Positions 1 through 11,800 of a stretch of 64,000 bases of DNA are shown here, piece after piece (position 1 is the first letter of the stretch; each line of letters opens with the position of its first letter). The notes below the pieces were generated by a model. It did not search any database. It saw only the letters and a program-made list of their open reading frames with translations, and had not been told where the DNA came from. The position numbers and the translations under genes were made by a program. This DNA is from the human T2T-CHM13v2.0 reference genome, Homo sapiens: the NCBI RefSeq assembly GCF_009914755.1, contig NC_060930.1. One strand, written 5' to 3'.

Positions 1-120
1 CAGAAAGTGCTTAGTGTCGTGTGCGTTCAACTCACAGAGTTTAACGTTTCTTTTGATAGAGCGTTTCTGAAACACCCTTCTTGTAGTAGCTGCAAGTGGA
101 TATTTGGACCTATTGGAGGC

Positions 121-137
121 CTTCTTTGGAAACGGGA
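121..137 (+). promoter_or_regulatory. Degenerate CENP-B box (TTCG->TTCT; most units also have CGGG->TGGG)
   Basis: cttctttggaaacggga in U1; cttctttggaaatggga in U2 (3178-3194) and most other units. Confidence 0.85.
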
Positions 138-630
138 TTTCTTCATGTAACTCTAGATTGAAGAATTCTCAGAAACTCCTTTGTGATGTGTGCATTCAAT
201 TCAAAGAGTGAAACCTCTCTTTTCACAGAGCAGTTTTGAAACACTGTTTTTGTAGGATTTCCAAGGGGATATTTATAGCGCATTGAGCCTACGGCGGAAA
301 AAGAAACATCTTCCTATAAAAACTAGACAGAATACTTCTCAGAATCTGCTTTGCGATGTGTGCGTTCAACTCACAGAGTAAAACTTTTCTTTTGATAGAG
401 CAGTTTTGAAACACTCTTTTTGTAGTATTTGCATGTGTATATTTAGAGCGCATTGAAGCCCACAGTAGAAAAGGAAATAACTTCACCTAAAACCTAGACA
501 GAAGCAATCTCAGAAACTACTTTGTGATGTGTACATTCAACTCACAGAGTGGAACTTTCCTCTTTATAGAGCAGTGTTGAAACACTCTTTTTGTAGAAAC
601 TGCAAGTGGATATTTGGACCTCTTTGAGGC

Positions 631-647
631 CTTCGTTGGAAACGGGA
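631..647 (+). promoter_or_regulatory. CENP-B box (intact; recurs at the same unit position in each HOR)
   Basis: cttcgttggaaacggga matches the 17 bp CENP-B box with core nTTCGnnnnAnnCGGGn. Confidence 0.96.
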
Positions 648-970
648 TTTCTTCCTATAACCCTAGACAGAAGAATTTTCAGAAACCTCATTGTGATGTG
701 TGCGTTCATCTCACAGAGTGGAGTCTTCCGTTTGATAGAGAAGTTTTGAAACCCTGTTCTTGTAGGATTTCCAAGTGGATATTTAGACCACTTTGAAGCC
801 TATGATAGAAAAGGAAACATCTTCATGGAAAACATAGATAGAATCATCCTCAGAAACAACTTTGTGATGTGTGCGTTGAACTCACCGTCTTTAACCTTTC
901 TTTTGGTAGAGAAGTTTTGAAACACTCTCTTTGTAAAGTCTACAAGTGGATATTTTGAGCCCTTGGAGGC

Positions 971-987
971 ATTCTTTGGAAAAGGGA
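971..987 (+). promoter_or_regulatory. Degenerate CENP-B box (both CpGs lost)
   Basis: attctttggaaaaggga at the box-equivalent monomer position. Confidence 0.8.
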
Positions 988-1141
988 ATGTCTTCACATA
1001 AAAGGCAGACGGAAGTGTTCTCAGAAACTGCTTTGTGATGTCTGTGTTCAACTCACAGAGTTTAACATTTCCTTTGATAGAGCGGTTTAGTAACCCTCTC
1101 TTTGTAGAATTTGGAAGTGTATACTAAGAGCGCTTTGAGGC

Positions 1142-1158
1142 CTATGGTAGAAAAGGAA
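1142..1158 (-). promoter_or_regulatory. pJ-alpha-like (A-box) motif of A-type monomers; representative copy
   Basis: ctatggtagaaaaggaa (reverse complement ttccttttctaccatag) resembles the pJalpha motif that occupies the box position in A-type alphoid monomers. Variants occur near 290, 460, 800, 1482, 1822, 2159, 2668 and 3008. Confidence 0.7.
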
Positions 1159-1312
1159 ATATCTTTCCATAAAAGCTAGACAGAAGCAATCTCAGAAACT
1201 CCTCTGTGATGTCTGCATTCAACTCACCGAGTGGAACATTCCTCTTGATAGAGCAGTTTGGAAACACTCTTTCTGTAGAATCAGCTTGTTTGTATTTGGA
1301 CCTCCTTGAGGC

Positions 1313-1329
1313 CTTCGTTGGAAACGGGT
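1313..1329 (+). promoter_or_regulatory. CENP-B box (intact core)
   Basis: cttcgttggaaacgggt; all nine core positions retained. Confidence 0.94.
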
Positions 1330-1652
1330 TTTCATCTTATAAACCCAGACAGAAGAATTCTCAGAGTCTTCTTTGTGATGTGTGCTTTCAACTCACCGAG
1401 ATAAAGATTTCTCTTGATAGAGCAATTTGGAAACACTCTTTTTGTAGAATTTGCAAGGGTACATTGAGAGCGCTTTCAGGCCTATGGTAGAAAAGGGAAT
1501 ATCTTTCCATAAAAGGTAGACAGAAGCAATCTCAGAAACTACTTTGTGATGTGTGCATTCAACTCACCGAGTGCAACGTTCCTCTTGACCGAGCAGTTTG
1601 GAAACATTGTTTCTGTAGAATCTGCAAGTGGATATTTGGACCTCTTTGAGGC

Positions 1653-1669
1653 CTTCGTTGGAAACGGGA
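1653..1669 (+). promoter_or_regulatory. CENP-B box (intact)
   Basis: cttcgttggaaacggga. Confidence 0.96.
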
Positions 1670-1992
1670 TTTCTTCCTATAAACCCAGACAGAAGAATTC
1701 TCAGAGACTTCTTTGTGATGTGTGAATTCAACTCACAGTGTGGATCCTTCCTTTTGATAGAGCAGTTTTGAAACCCTGTTTTTGTAGTATTTCCAAGCGG
1801 ATATTCGGAACGCCTTGAAGCGTATGGTAGAAAAGGAAATATCTTCCCATAAAACCTAGACAGAACCAATCTCAGAAACGACTTTGTGATGTCTGCATTC
1901 AAGTCACAGAGTTGAACATTTCTCTTGATAGAGCAGTTTTGAAACCCTCTTTCTGAAGGATCTGCAAGTGGATATTTGGAACTCCTTTGGGT

Positions 1993-2009
1993 CTTCGTTG
2001 GAAACGGGA
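1993..2009 (+). promoter_or_regulatory. CENP-B box (intact), just upstream of the 15-mer deletion breakpoint
   Basis: cttcgttggaaacggga. Confidence 0.96.
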
Positions 2010-2329
2010 TTTCTTCGTATAAATCTAGACAGAAGAATTCTCCGAAACTTCTTTGGTTGTGTGCATTCAAGTCACAGAGTGGAACCTTCCTTTGGATAGA
2101 GCAGTTTGAAACGCCGTGGTTGTAGTATTTCCAAGCGGATATTAGAGCGCCTTGAGGCCTATGGTAGAAAAGGAAATATCTTCCCATAAAACCTAGACGG
2201 AAGCAATCTCAGAAACTACTGTGTGATGGCTGCATTCCACACACACGGTGGAACATTTCTCTTGATAGAGCAGTTTTGAAACACTCTTTCTGTAGAATCT
2301 GCAAGTGGATAATTGGACCGCCTTGAGGC

Positions 2330-2346
2330 CTTCGTTGGAAACGGGA
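2330..2346 (+). promoter_or_regulatory. CENP-B box (intact; absent from 15-mer units)
   Basis: cttcgttggaaacggga, inside the 506 bp deleted segment. Confidence 0.96.
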
Positions 2347-2498
2347 TTTCTTCATGTTACTCTAGATAGAAGAATTCTCAAACACTGCTATGTGATGTTT
2401 GCATTCAAGTCACAGAGTGCAACATTCCTCTTGGTAGAGCAGTTGGGAAACACTCCTTTTGTAGAATCTGCAATGGGATATTTGGACTTCTTTGAGGC

Positions 2499-2515
2499 CT
2501 TCGTTGGAAACGGGA
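2499..2515 (+). promoter_or_regulatory. CENP-B box (intact; absent from 15-mer units)
   Basis: cttcgttggaaacggga, only 169 bp after the previous box. Confidence 0.96.
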
Positions 2516-2838
2516 TTTCTTCGTATGAATCTAGACAGAAGAATTCTCAGAAACTTCCTTGTGATGTGTGCATTCAACTCAGCGAGTGGCACCTTCCTTT
2601 GGATACAGCAGTTTTGAAACACTGTTTTTGTAGTATTTCCAAGCGGATATTTAGAGCGCCTTGAAGCCTATGCTAGAAATGGAAATATCTCCCCATAAAA
2701 CCAAGACAGAAGCAATCTCAGAAACTAATGTGTGATGGCTGCATTCCACACACACGGTGGACCATTTCTCTTGATAGAGCAGTTTTGAAACACTCTTTCT
2801 GTAGAATCTGCAAGTGGATAATTGGACCTCCTAGAGGC

Positions 2839-2855
2839 CTTCGTTGGAAACGGGA
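2839..2855 (+). promoter_or_regulatory. CENP-B box (intact)
   Basis: cttcgttggaaacggga. Confidence 0.96.
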
Positions 2856-5800
2856 TTTCTTCATCTAAACCTACAGAGAAGAATTCTCAGTAACTTCTTC
2901 GGATGTGTGCATTCGACGCACAGAATGGAACATTCCCTTTGATAGAGCAGTTTTGAGACACCGTTTTTGTAGAATTCCCAAGTGGATATTTAGAGCACTT
3001 TGAAGTCTCTGCTAGAAAAGGAAACATCTTCATGTAAAAAGTAGATAGAATCGTTCTCAGAAAGTGCTTAGTGACGTGTGCGTTCAACTCACAGAGTTTA
3101 ACGTTTCTTTTGATAGAGCGTTTCTGAAACACCCTTCTTGTAGTAGCTGCAAGTGGATATTTGGACCTATTGGAGGCCTTCTTTGGAAATGGGATTTCTT
3201 CATGTAACTCTAGATTGAAGAGTTCTCAGAAACTCCTTTGTGATGTGTGCATTCAATTCAAAGAGTGAAACCTCCCTTTTCACAGAGCAGTTTTGAAACA
3301 CTGTTTTTGTAGGATTTCCAAGGGGATATTTATAGCGCATTGAGCCTACGGCGGAAAAAGAAACATCTTCCTATAAAAACTAGACAGAATACTTCTCAGA
3401 ATCTGCTTTGCGATGTGTGCGTTCAACTCACAGAGTAAAACTTTTCTTTTGATAGAGCAGTTTTGAAACACTCTTTTTGTAGTATTTGCATGTGTATATT
3501 TAGAGCGCATTGAAGCCCACAGTAGAAAAGGAAATAACTTCACCTAAAACCTAGACAGAAGCAATCTCAGAAACTACTTTGTGATGTGTACATTCAACTC
3601 ACAGAGTGGAACTTTCCTCTTTATAGAGCAGTGTTGAAACACTCTTTTTGTAGAAACTGCAAGTGGATATTTGGACCTCTTTGAGGCCTTCGTTGGAAAC
3701 GGGATTTCTTCCTATAACCCTAGACAGAAGAATTTTCAGAAACCTCATTGTGATGTGTGCGTTCATCTCACAGAGTGGAGTCTTCCGTTTGATAGAGAAG
3801 TTTTGAAACCCTGTTCTTGTAGGATTTCCAAGTGGATATTTAGACCACTTTGAAGCCTATGATAGAAAAGGAAACATCTTCATGGAAAACATAGATAGAA
3901 TCATCCTCAGAAACAACTTTGTGATGTGTGCGTTGAACTCACCGTCTTTAACCTTTCTTTTGGTAGAGAAGTTTTGAAACACTCTCTTTGTAAAGTCTAC
4001 AAGTGGATATTTTGAGCCCTTGGAGGCATTCTTTGGAAAAGGGAATGTCTTCACATAAAAGGCAGACGGAAGTGTTCTCAGAAACTGCTTTGTGATGTCT
4101 GTGTTCAACTCACAGAGTTTAACATTTCCTTTGATAGAGCGGTTTAGTAACCCTCTCTTTGTAGAATTTGGAAGTGTATACTAAGAGCGCTTTGAGGCCT
4201 ATGGTAGAAAAGGAAATATCTTTCCATAAAAGCTAGACAGAAGCAATCTCAGAAACTCCTTTGCGATGTCTGCATTCAACTCACCGAGTGGAACATTCCT
4301 CTTGAGAGAGCAGTTTGGAAACACTCTTTCTGTAGAATCAGCTTGTTTGTATTTGGACCTCCTTGAGGCCTTCGTTGGAAACGGGTTTTCATCTTATAAA
4401 CCCAGACAGAAGAATTCTCAGAGTCTTCTTTGTGATGTGTGCTTTCAACTCACCGAGATAAAGATTTCTCTTGATAGAGCAATTTGGAAACACTCTTTTT
4501 GTAGAATTTGCAAGGGTACATTGAGAGCGCTTTCAGGCCTATGGTAGAAAAGGGAATATCTTTCCATAAAAGGTAGACAGAAGCAATCTCAGAAACTACT
4601 TTGTGATGTGTGCATTCAACTCACCGAGTGCAACGTTCCTCTTGACCGAGCAGTTTGGAAACATTGTTTCTGTAGAATCTGCAAGTGGATATTTGGACCT
4701 CTTTGAGGCCTTCGTTGGAAACGGGATTTCTTCCTATAAACCCAGACAGAAGAATTCTCAGAGACTTCTTTGTGATGTGTGAATTCAACTCACAGTGTGG
4801 ATCCTTCCTTTTGATAGAGCAGTTTTGAAACCCTGTTTTTGTAGTATTTCCAAGCGGATATTCGGAACGCCTTGAAGCGTATGGTAGAAAAGGAAATATC
4901 TTCCCATAAAACCTAGACAGAACCAATCTCAGAAACGACTTTGTGATGTCTGCATTCAAGTCACAGAGTTGAACATTTCTCTTGATAGAGCAGTTTTGAA
5001 ACCCTCTTTCTGAAGGATCTGCAAGTGGATATTTGGAACTCCTTTGGGTCTTCGTTGGAAACGGGATTTCTTCGTATAAATCTAGACAGAAGAATTCTCC
5101 GAAACTTCTTTGGTTGTGTGCATTCAAGTCACAGAGTGGAACCTTCCTTTGGATAGAGCAGTTTGAAACGCCGTGGTTGTAGTATTTCCAAGCGGATATT
5201 AGAGCGCCTTGAGGCCTATGGTAGAAAAGGAAATATCTTCCCATAAAACCTAGACGGAAGCAATCTCAGAAACTACTGTGTGATGGCTGCATTCCACACA
5301 CACGGTGGAACATTTCTCTTGATAGAGCAGTTTTGAAACACTCTTTCTGTAGAATCTGCAAGTGGATAATTGGACCGCCTTGAGGCCTTCGTTGGAAACG
5401 GGATTTCTTCATGTTACTCTAGATAGAAGAATTCTCAAACACTGCTATGTGATGTTTGCATTCAAGTCACAGAGTGCAACATTCCTCTTGGTAGAGCAGT
5501 TGGGAAACACTCCTTTTGTAGAATCTGCAATGGGATATTTGGACTTCTTTGAGGCCTTCGTTGGAAACGGGATTTCTTCGTATGAATCTAGACAGAAGAA
5601 TTCTCAGAAACTTCCTTGTGATGTGTGCATTCAACTCAGCGAGTGGCACCTTCCTTTGGATACAGCAGTTTTGAAACACTGTTTTTGTAGTATTTCCAAG
5701 CGGATATTTAGAGCGCCTTGAAGCCTATGCTAGAAATGGAAATATCTCCCCATAAAACCAAGACAGAAGCAATCTCAGAAACTAATGTGTGATGGCTGCA

Positions 5801-8800
5801 TTCCACACACACGGTGGACCATTTCTCTTGATAGAGCAGTTTTGAAACACTCTTTCTGTAGAATCTGCAAGTGGATAATTGGACCTCCTAGAGGCCTTCG
5901 TTGGAAACGGGATTTCTTCATCTAAACCTACAGAGAAGAATTCTCAGTAACTTCTTCGGATGTGTGCATTCGACGCACAGAATGGAACATTCCCTTTGAT
6001 AGAGCAGTTTTGAGACACCGTTTTTGTAGAATTCCCAAGTGGATATTTAGAGCACTTTGAAGTCTCTGCTAGAAAAGGAAACATCTTCATGTAAAAAGTA
6101 GATAGAATCGTTCTCAGAAAGTGCTTAGTGACGTGTGCGTTCAACTCACAGAGTTTAACGTTTCTTTTGATAGAGCGTTTCTGAAACACCCTTCTTGTAG
6201 TAGCTGCAAGTGGATATTTGGACCTATTGGAGGCCTTCTTTGGAAATGGGATTTCTTCATGTAACTCTAGATTGAAGAGTTCTCAGAAACTCCTTTGTGA
6301 TGTGTGCATTCAATTCAAAGAGTGAAACCTCCCTTTTCACAGAGCAGTTTTGAAACACTGTTTTTGTAGGATTTCCAAGGGGATATTTATAGCGCATTGA
6401 GCCTACGGCGGAAAAAGAAACATCTTCCTATAAAAACTAGACAGAATACTTCTCAGAATCTGCTTTGCGATGTGTGCGTTCAACTCACAGAGTAAAACTT
6501 TTCTTTTGATAGAGCAGTTTTGAAACACTCTTTTTGTAGTATTTGCATGTGTATATTTAGAGCGCATTGAAGCCCACAGTAGAAAAGGAAATAACTTCAC
6601 CTAAAACCTAGACAGAAGCAATCTCAGAAACTACTTTGTGATGTGTACATTCAACTCACAGAGTGGAACTTTCCTCTTTATAGAGCAGTGTTGAAACACT
6701 CTTTTTGTAGAAACTGCAAGTGGATATTTGGACCTCTTTGAGGCCTTCGTTGGAAACGGGATTTCTTCCTATAACCCTAGACAGAAGAATTTTCAGAAAC
6801 CTCATTGTGATGTGTGCGTTCATCTCACAGAGTGGAGTCTTCCGTTTGATAGAGAAGTTTTGAAACCCTGTTCTTGTAGGATTTCCAAGTGGATATTTAG
6901 ACCACTTTGAAGCCTATGATAGAAAAGGAAACATCTTCATGGAAAACATAGATAGAATCATCCTCAGAAACAACTTTGTGATGTGTGCGTTGAACTCACC
7001 GTCTTTAACCTTTCTTTTGGTAGAGAAGTTTTGAAACACTCTCTTTGTAAAGTCTACAAGTGGATATTTTGAGCCCTTGGAGGCATTCTTTGGAAAAGGG
7101 AATGTCTTCACATAAAAGGCAGACGGAAGTGTTCTCAGAAACTGCTTTGTGATGTCTGTGTTCAACTCACAGAGTTTAACATTTCCTTTGATAGAGCGGT
7201 TTAGTAACCCTCTCTTTGTAGAATTTGGAAGTGTATACTAAGAGCGCTTTGAGGCCTATGGTAGAAAAGGAAATATCTTTCCATAAAAGCTAGACAGAAG
7301 CAATCTCAGAAACTCCTTTGCGATGTCTGCATTCAACTCACCGAGTGGAACATTCCTCTTGAGAGAGCAGTTTGGAAACACTCTTTCTGTAGAATCAGCT
7401 TGTTTGTATTTGGACCTCCTTGAGGCCTTCGTTGGAAACGGGTTTTCATCTTATAAACCCAGACAGAAGAATTCTCAGAGTCTTCTTTGTGATGTGTGCT
7501 TTCAACTCACCGAGATAAAGATTTCTCTTGATAGAGCAATTTGGAAACACTCTTTTTGTAGAATTTGCAAGGGTACATTGAGAGCGCTTTCAGGCCTATG
7601 GTAGAAAAGGGAATATCTTTCCATAAAAGGTAGACAGAAGCAATCTCAGAAACTACTTTGTGATGTGTGCATTCAACTCACCGAGTGCAACGTTCCTCTT
7701 GACCGAGCAGTTTGGAAACATTGTTTCTGTAGAATCTGCAAGTGGATATTTGGACCTCTTTGAGGCCTTCGTTGGAAACGGGATTTCTTCCTATAAACCC
7801 AGACAGAAGAATTCTCAGAGACTTCTTTGTGATGTGTGAATTCAACTCACAGTGTGGATCCTTCCTTTTGATAGAGCAGTTTTGAAACCCTGTTTTTGTA
7901 GTATTTCCAAGCGGATATTCGGAACGCCTTGAAGCGTATGGTAGAAAAGGAAATATCTTCCCATAAAACCTAGACAGAACCAATCTCAGAAACGACTTTG
8001 TGATGTCTGCATTCAAGTCACAGAGTTGAACATTTCTCTTGATAGAGCAGTTTTGAAACCCTCTTTCTGAAGGATCTGCAAGTGGATATTTGGAACTCCT
8101 TTGGGTCTTCGTTGGAAACGGGATTTCTTCGTATAAATCTAGACAGAAGAATTCTCCGAAACTTCTTTGGTTGTGTGCATTCAAGTCACAGAGTGGAACC
8201 TTCCTTTGGATAGAGCAGTTTGAAACGCCGTGGTTGTAGTATTTCCAAGCGGATATTAGAGCGCCTTGAGGCCTATGGTAGAAAAGGAAATATCTTCCCA
8301 TAAAACCTAGACGGAAGCAATCTCAGAAACTACTGTGTGATGGCTGCATTCCACACACACGGTGGAACATTTCTCTTGATAGAGCAGTTTTGAAACACTC
8401 TTTCTGTAGAATCTGCAAGTGGATAATTGGACCGCCTTGAGGCCTTCGTTGGAAACGGGATTTCTTCATGTTACTCTAGATAGAAGAATTCTCAAACACT
8501 GCTATGTGATGTTTGCATTCAAGTCACAGAGTGCAACATTCCTCTTGGTAGAGCAGTTGGGAAACACTCCTTTTGTAGAATCTGCAATGGGATATTTGGA
8601 CTTCTTTGAGGCCTTCGTTGGAAACGGGATTTCTTCGTATGAATCTAGACAGAAGAATTCTCAGAAACTTCCTTGTGATGTGTGCATTCAACTCAGCGAG
8701 TGGCACCTTCCTTTGGATACAGCAGTTTTGAAACACTGTTTTTGTAGTATTTCCAAGCGGATATTTAGAGCGCCTTGAAGCCTATGCTAGAAATGGAAAT

Positions 8801-11800
8801 ATCTCCCCATAAAACCAAGACAGAAGCAATCTCAGAAACTAATGTGTGATGGCTGCATTCCACACACACGGTGGACCATTTCTCTTGATAGAGCAGTTTT
8901 GAAACACTCTTTCTGTAGAATCTGCAAGTGGATAATTGGACCTCCTAGAGGCCTTCGTTGGAAACGGGATTTCTTCATCTAAACCTACAGAGAAGAATTC
9001 TCAGTAACTTCTTCGGATGTGTGCATTCGACGCACAGAATGGAACATTCCCTTTGATAGAGCAGTTTTGAGACACCGTTTTTGTAGAATTCCCAAGTGGA
9101 TATTTAGAGCACTTTGAAGTCTCTGCTAGAAAAGGAAACATCTTCATGTAAAAAGTAGATAGAATCGTTCTCAGAAAGTGCTTAGTGACGTGTGCGTTCA
9201 ACTCACAGAGTTTAACGTTTCTTTTGATAGAGCGTTTCTGAAACACCCTTCTTGTAGTAGCTGCAAGTGGATATTTGGACCTATTGGAGGCCTTCTTTGG
9301 AAATGGGATTTCTTCATGTAACTCTAGATTGAAGAGTTCTCAGAAACTCCTTTGTGATGTGTGCATTCAATTCAAAGAGTGAAACCTCCCTTTTCACAGA
9401 GCAGTTTTGAAACACTGTTTTTGTAGGATTTCCAAGGGGATATTTATAGCGCATTGAGCCTACGGCGGAAAAAGAAACATCTTCCTATAAAAACTAGACA
9501 GAATACTTCTCAGAATCTGCTTTGCGATGTGTGCGTTCAACTCACAGAGTAAAACTTTTCTTTTGATAGAGCAGTTTTGAAACACTCTTTTTGTAGTATT
9601 TGCATGTGTATATTTAGAGCGCATTGAAGCCCACAGTAGAAAAGGAAATAACTTCACCTAAAACCTAGACAGAAGCAATCTCAGAAACTACTTTGTGATG
9701 TGTACATTCAACTCACAGAGTGGAACTTTCCTCTTTATAGAGCAGTGTTGAAACACTCTTTTTGTAGAAACTGCAAGTGGATATTTGGACCTCTTTGAGG
9801 CCTTCGTTGGAAACGGGATTTCTTCCTATAACCCTAGACAGAAGAATTTTCAGAAACCTCATTGTGATGTGTGCGTTCATCTCACAGAGTGGAGTCTTCC
9901 GTTTGATAGAGAAGTTTTGAAACCCTGTTCTTGTAGGATTTCCAAGTGGATATTTAGACCACTTTGAAGCCTATGATAGAAAAGGAAACATCTTCATGGA
10001 AAACATAGATAGAATCATCCTCAGAAACAACTTTGTGATGTGTGCGTTGAACTCACCGTCTTTAACCTTTCTTTTGGTAGAGAAGTTTTGAAACACTCTC
10101 TTTGTAAAGTCTACAAGTGGATATTTTGAGCCCTTGGAGGCATTCTTTGGAAAAGGGAATGTCTTCACATAAAAGGCAGACGGAAGTGTTCTCAGAAACT
10201 GCTTTGTGATGTCTGTGTTCAACTCACAGAGTTTAACATTTCCTTTGATAGAGCGGTTTAGTAACCCTCTCTTTGTAGAATTTGGAAGTGTATACTAAGA
10301 GCGCTTTGAGGCCTATGGTAGAAAAGGAAATATCTTTCCATAAAAGCTAGACAGAAGCAATCTCAGAAACTCCTTTGCGATGTCTGCATTCAACTCACCG
10401 AGTGGAACATTCCTCTTGAGAGAGCAGTTTGGAAACACTCTTTCTGTAGAATCAGCTTGTTTGTATTTGGACCTCCTTGAGGCCTTCGTTGGAAACGGGT
10501 TTTCATCTTATAAACCCAGACAGAAGAATTCTCAGAGTCTTCTTTGTGATGTGTGCTTTCAACTCACCGAGATAAAGATTTCTCTTGATAGAGCAATTTG
10601 GAAACACTCTTTTTGTAGAATTTGCAAGGGTACATTGAGAGCGCTTTCAGGCCTATGGTAGAAAAGGGAATATCTTTCCATAAAAGGTAGACAGAAGCAA
10701 TCTCAGAAACTACTTTGTGATGTGTGCATTCAACTCACCGAGTGCAACGTTCCTCTTGACCGAGCAGTTTGGAAACATTGTTTCTGTAGAATCTGCAAGT
10801 GGATATTTGGACCTCTTTGAGGCCTTCGTTGGAAACGGGATTTCTTCCTATAAACCCAGACAGAAGAATTCTCAGAGACTTCTTTGTGATGTGTGAATTC
10901 AACTCACAGTGTGGATCCTTCCTTTTGATAGAGCAGTTTTGAAACCCTGTTTTTGTAGTATTTCCAAGCGGATATTCGGAACGCCTTGAAGCGTATGGTA
11001 GAAAAGGAAATATCTTCCCATAAAACCTAGACAGAACCAATCTCAGAAACGACTTTGTGATGTCTGCATTCAAGTCACAGAGTTGAACATTTCTCTTGAT
11101 AGAGCAGTTTTGAAACCCTCTTTCTGAAGGATCTGCAAGTGGATATTTGGAACTCCTTTGGGTCTTCGTTGGAAACGGGATTTCTTCGTATAAATCTAGA
11201 CAGAAGAATTCTCCGAAACTTCTTTGGTTGTGTGCATTCAAGTCACAGAGTGGAACCTTCCTTTGGATAGAGCAGTTTGAAACGCCGTGGTTGTAGTATT
11301 TCCAAGCGGATATTAGAGCGCCTTGAGGCCTATGGTAGAAAAGGAAATATCTTCCCATAAAACCTAGACGGAAGCAATCTCAGAAACTACTGTGTGATGG
11401 CTGCATTCCACACACACGGTGGAACATTTCTCTTGATAGAGCAGTTTTGAAACACTCTTTCTGTAGAATCTGCAAGTGGATAATTGGACCGCCTTGAGGC
11501 CTTCGTTGGAAACGGGATTTCTTCATGTTACTCTAGATAGAAGAATTCTCAAACACTGCTATGTGATGTTTGCATTCAAGTCACAGAGTGCAACATTCCT
11601 CTTGGTAGAGCAGTTGGGAAACACTCCTTTTGTAGAATCTGCAATGGGATATTTGGACTTCTTTGAGGCCTTCGTTGGAAACGGGATTTCTTCGTATGAA
11701 TCTAGACAGAAGAATTCTCAGAAACTTCCTTGTGATGTGTGCATTCAACTCAGCGAGTGGCACCTTCCTTTGGATACAGCAGTTTTGAAACACTGTTTTT

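Noticed and set aside
1564-2187. 207 aa minus-strand ORF (and all other 60-119 aa ORFs) repeated in each unit
   Set aside because: These are chance open frames in satellite DNA. The translations are internally repetitive at the monomer period (FQNCSIKR..LCELNAHIT), show no recognisable domain, overlap on both strands, and are freely broken by the deletion and indels. Similar database 'proteins' are typically mis-annotated alphoid sequence.
2237-2247. Short (CA)n run ccacacacacgg (also near 2746-2756)
   Set aside because: Only about four repeats and invariant across units. It is a monomer-specific variant, not a microsatellite locus, and is used only as a marker of the internal duplication.
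631-2855. Recurring conserved ~17-25 bp motif at regular spacing, superficially like a CRISPR repeat-spacer array
   Set aside because: The motif is the CENP-B box. The intervening sequences are homologous alphoid monomers rather than unique spacers, and no cas genes are present.
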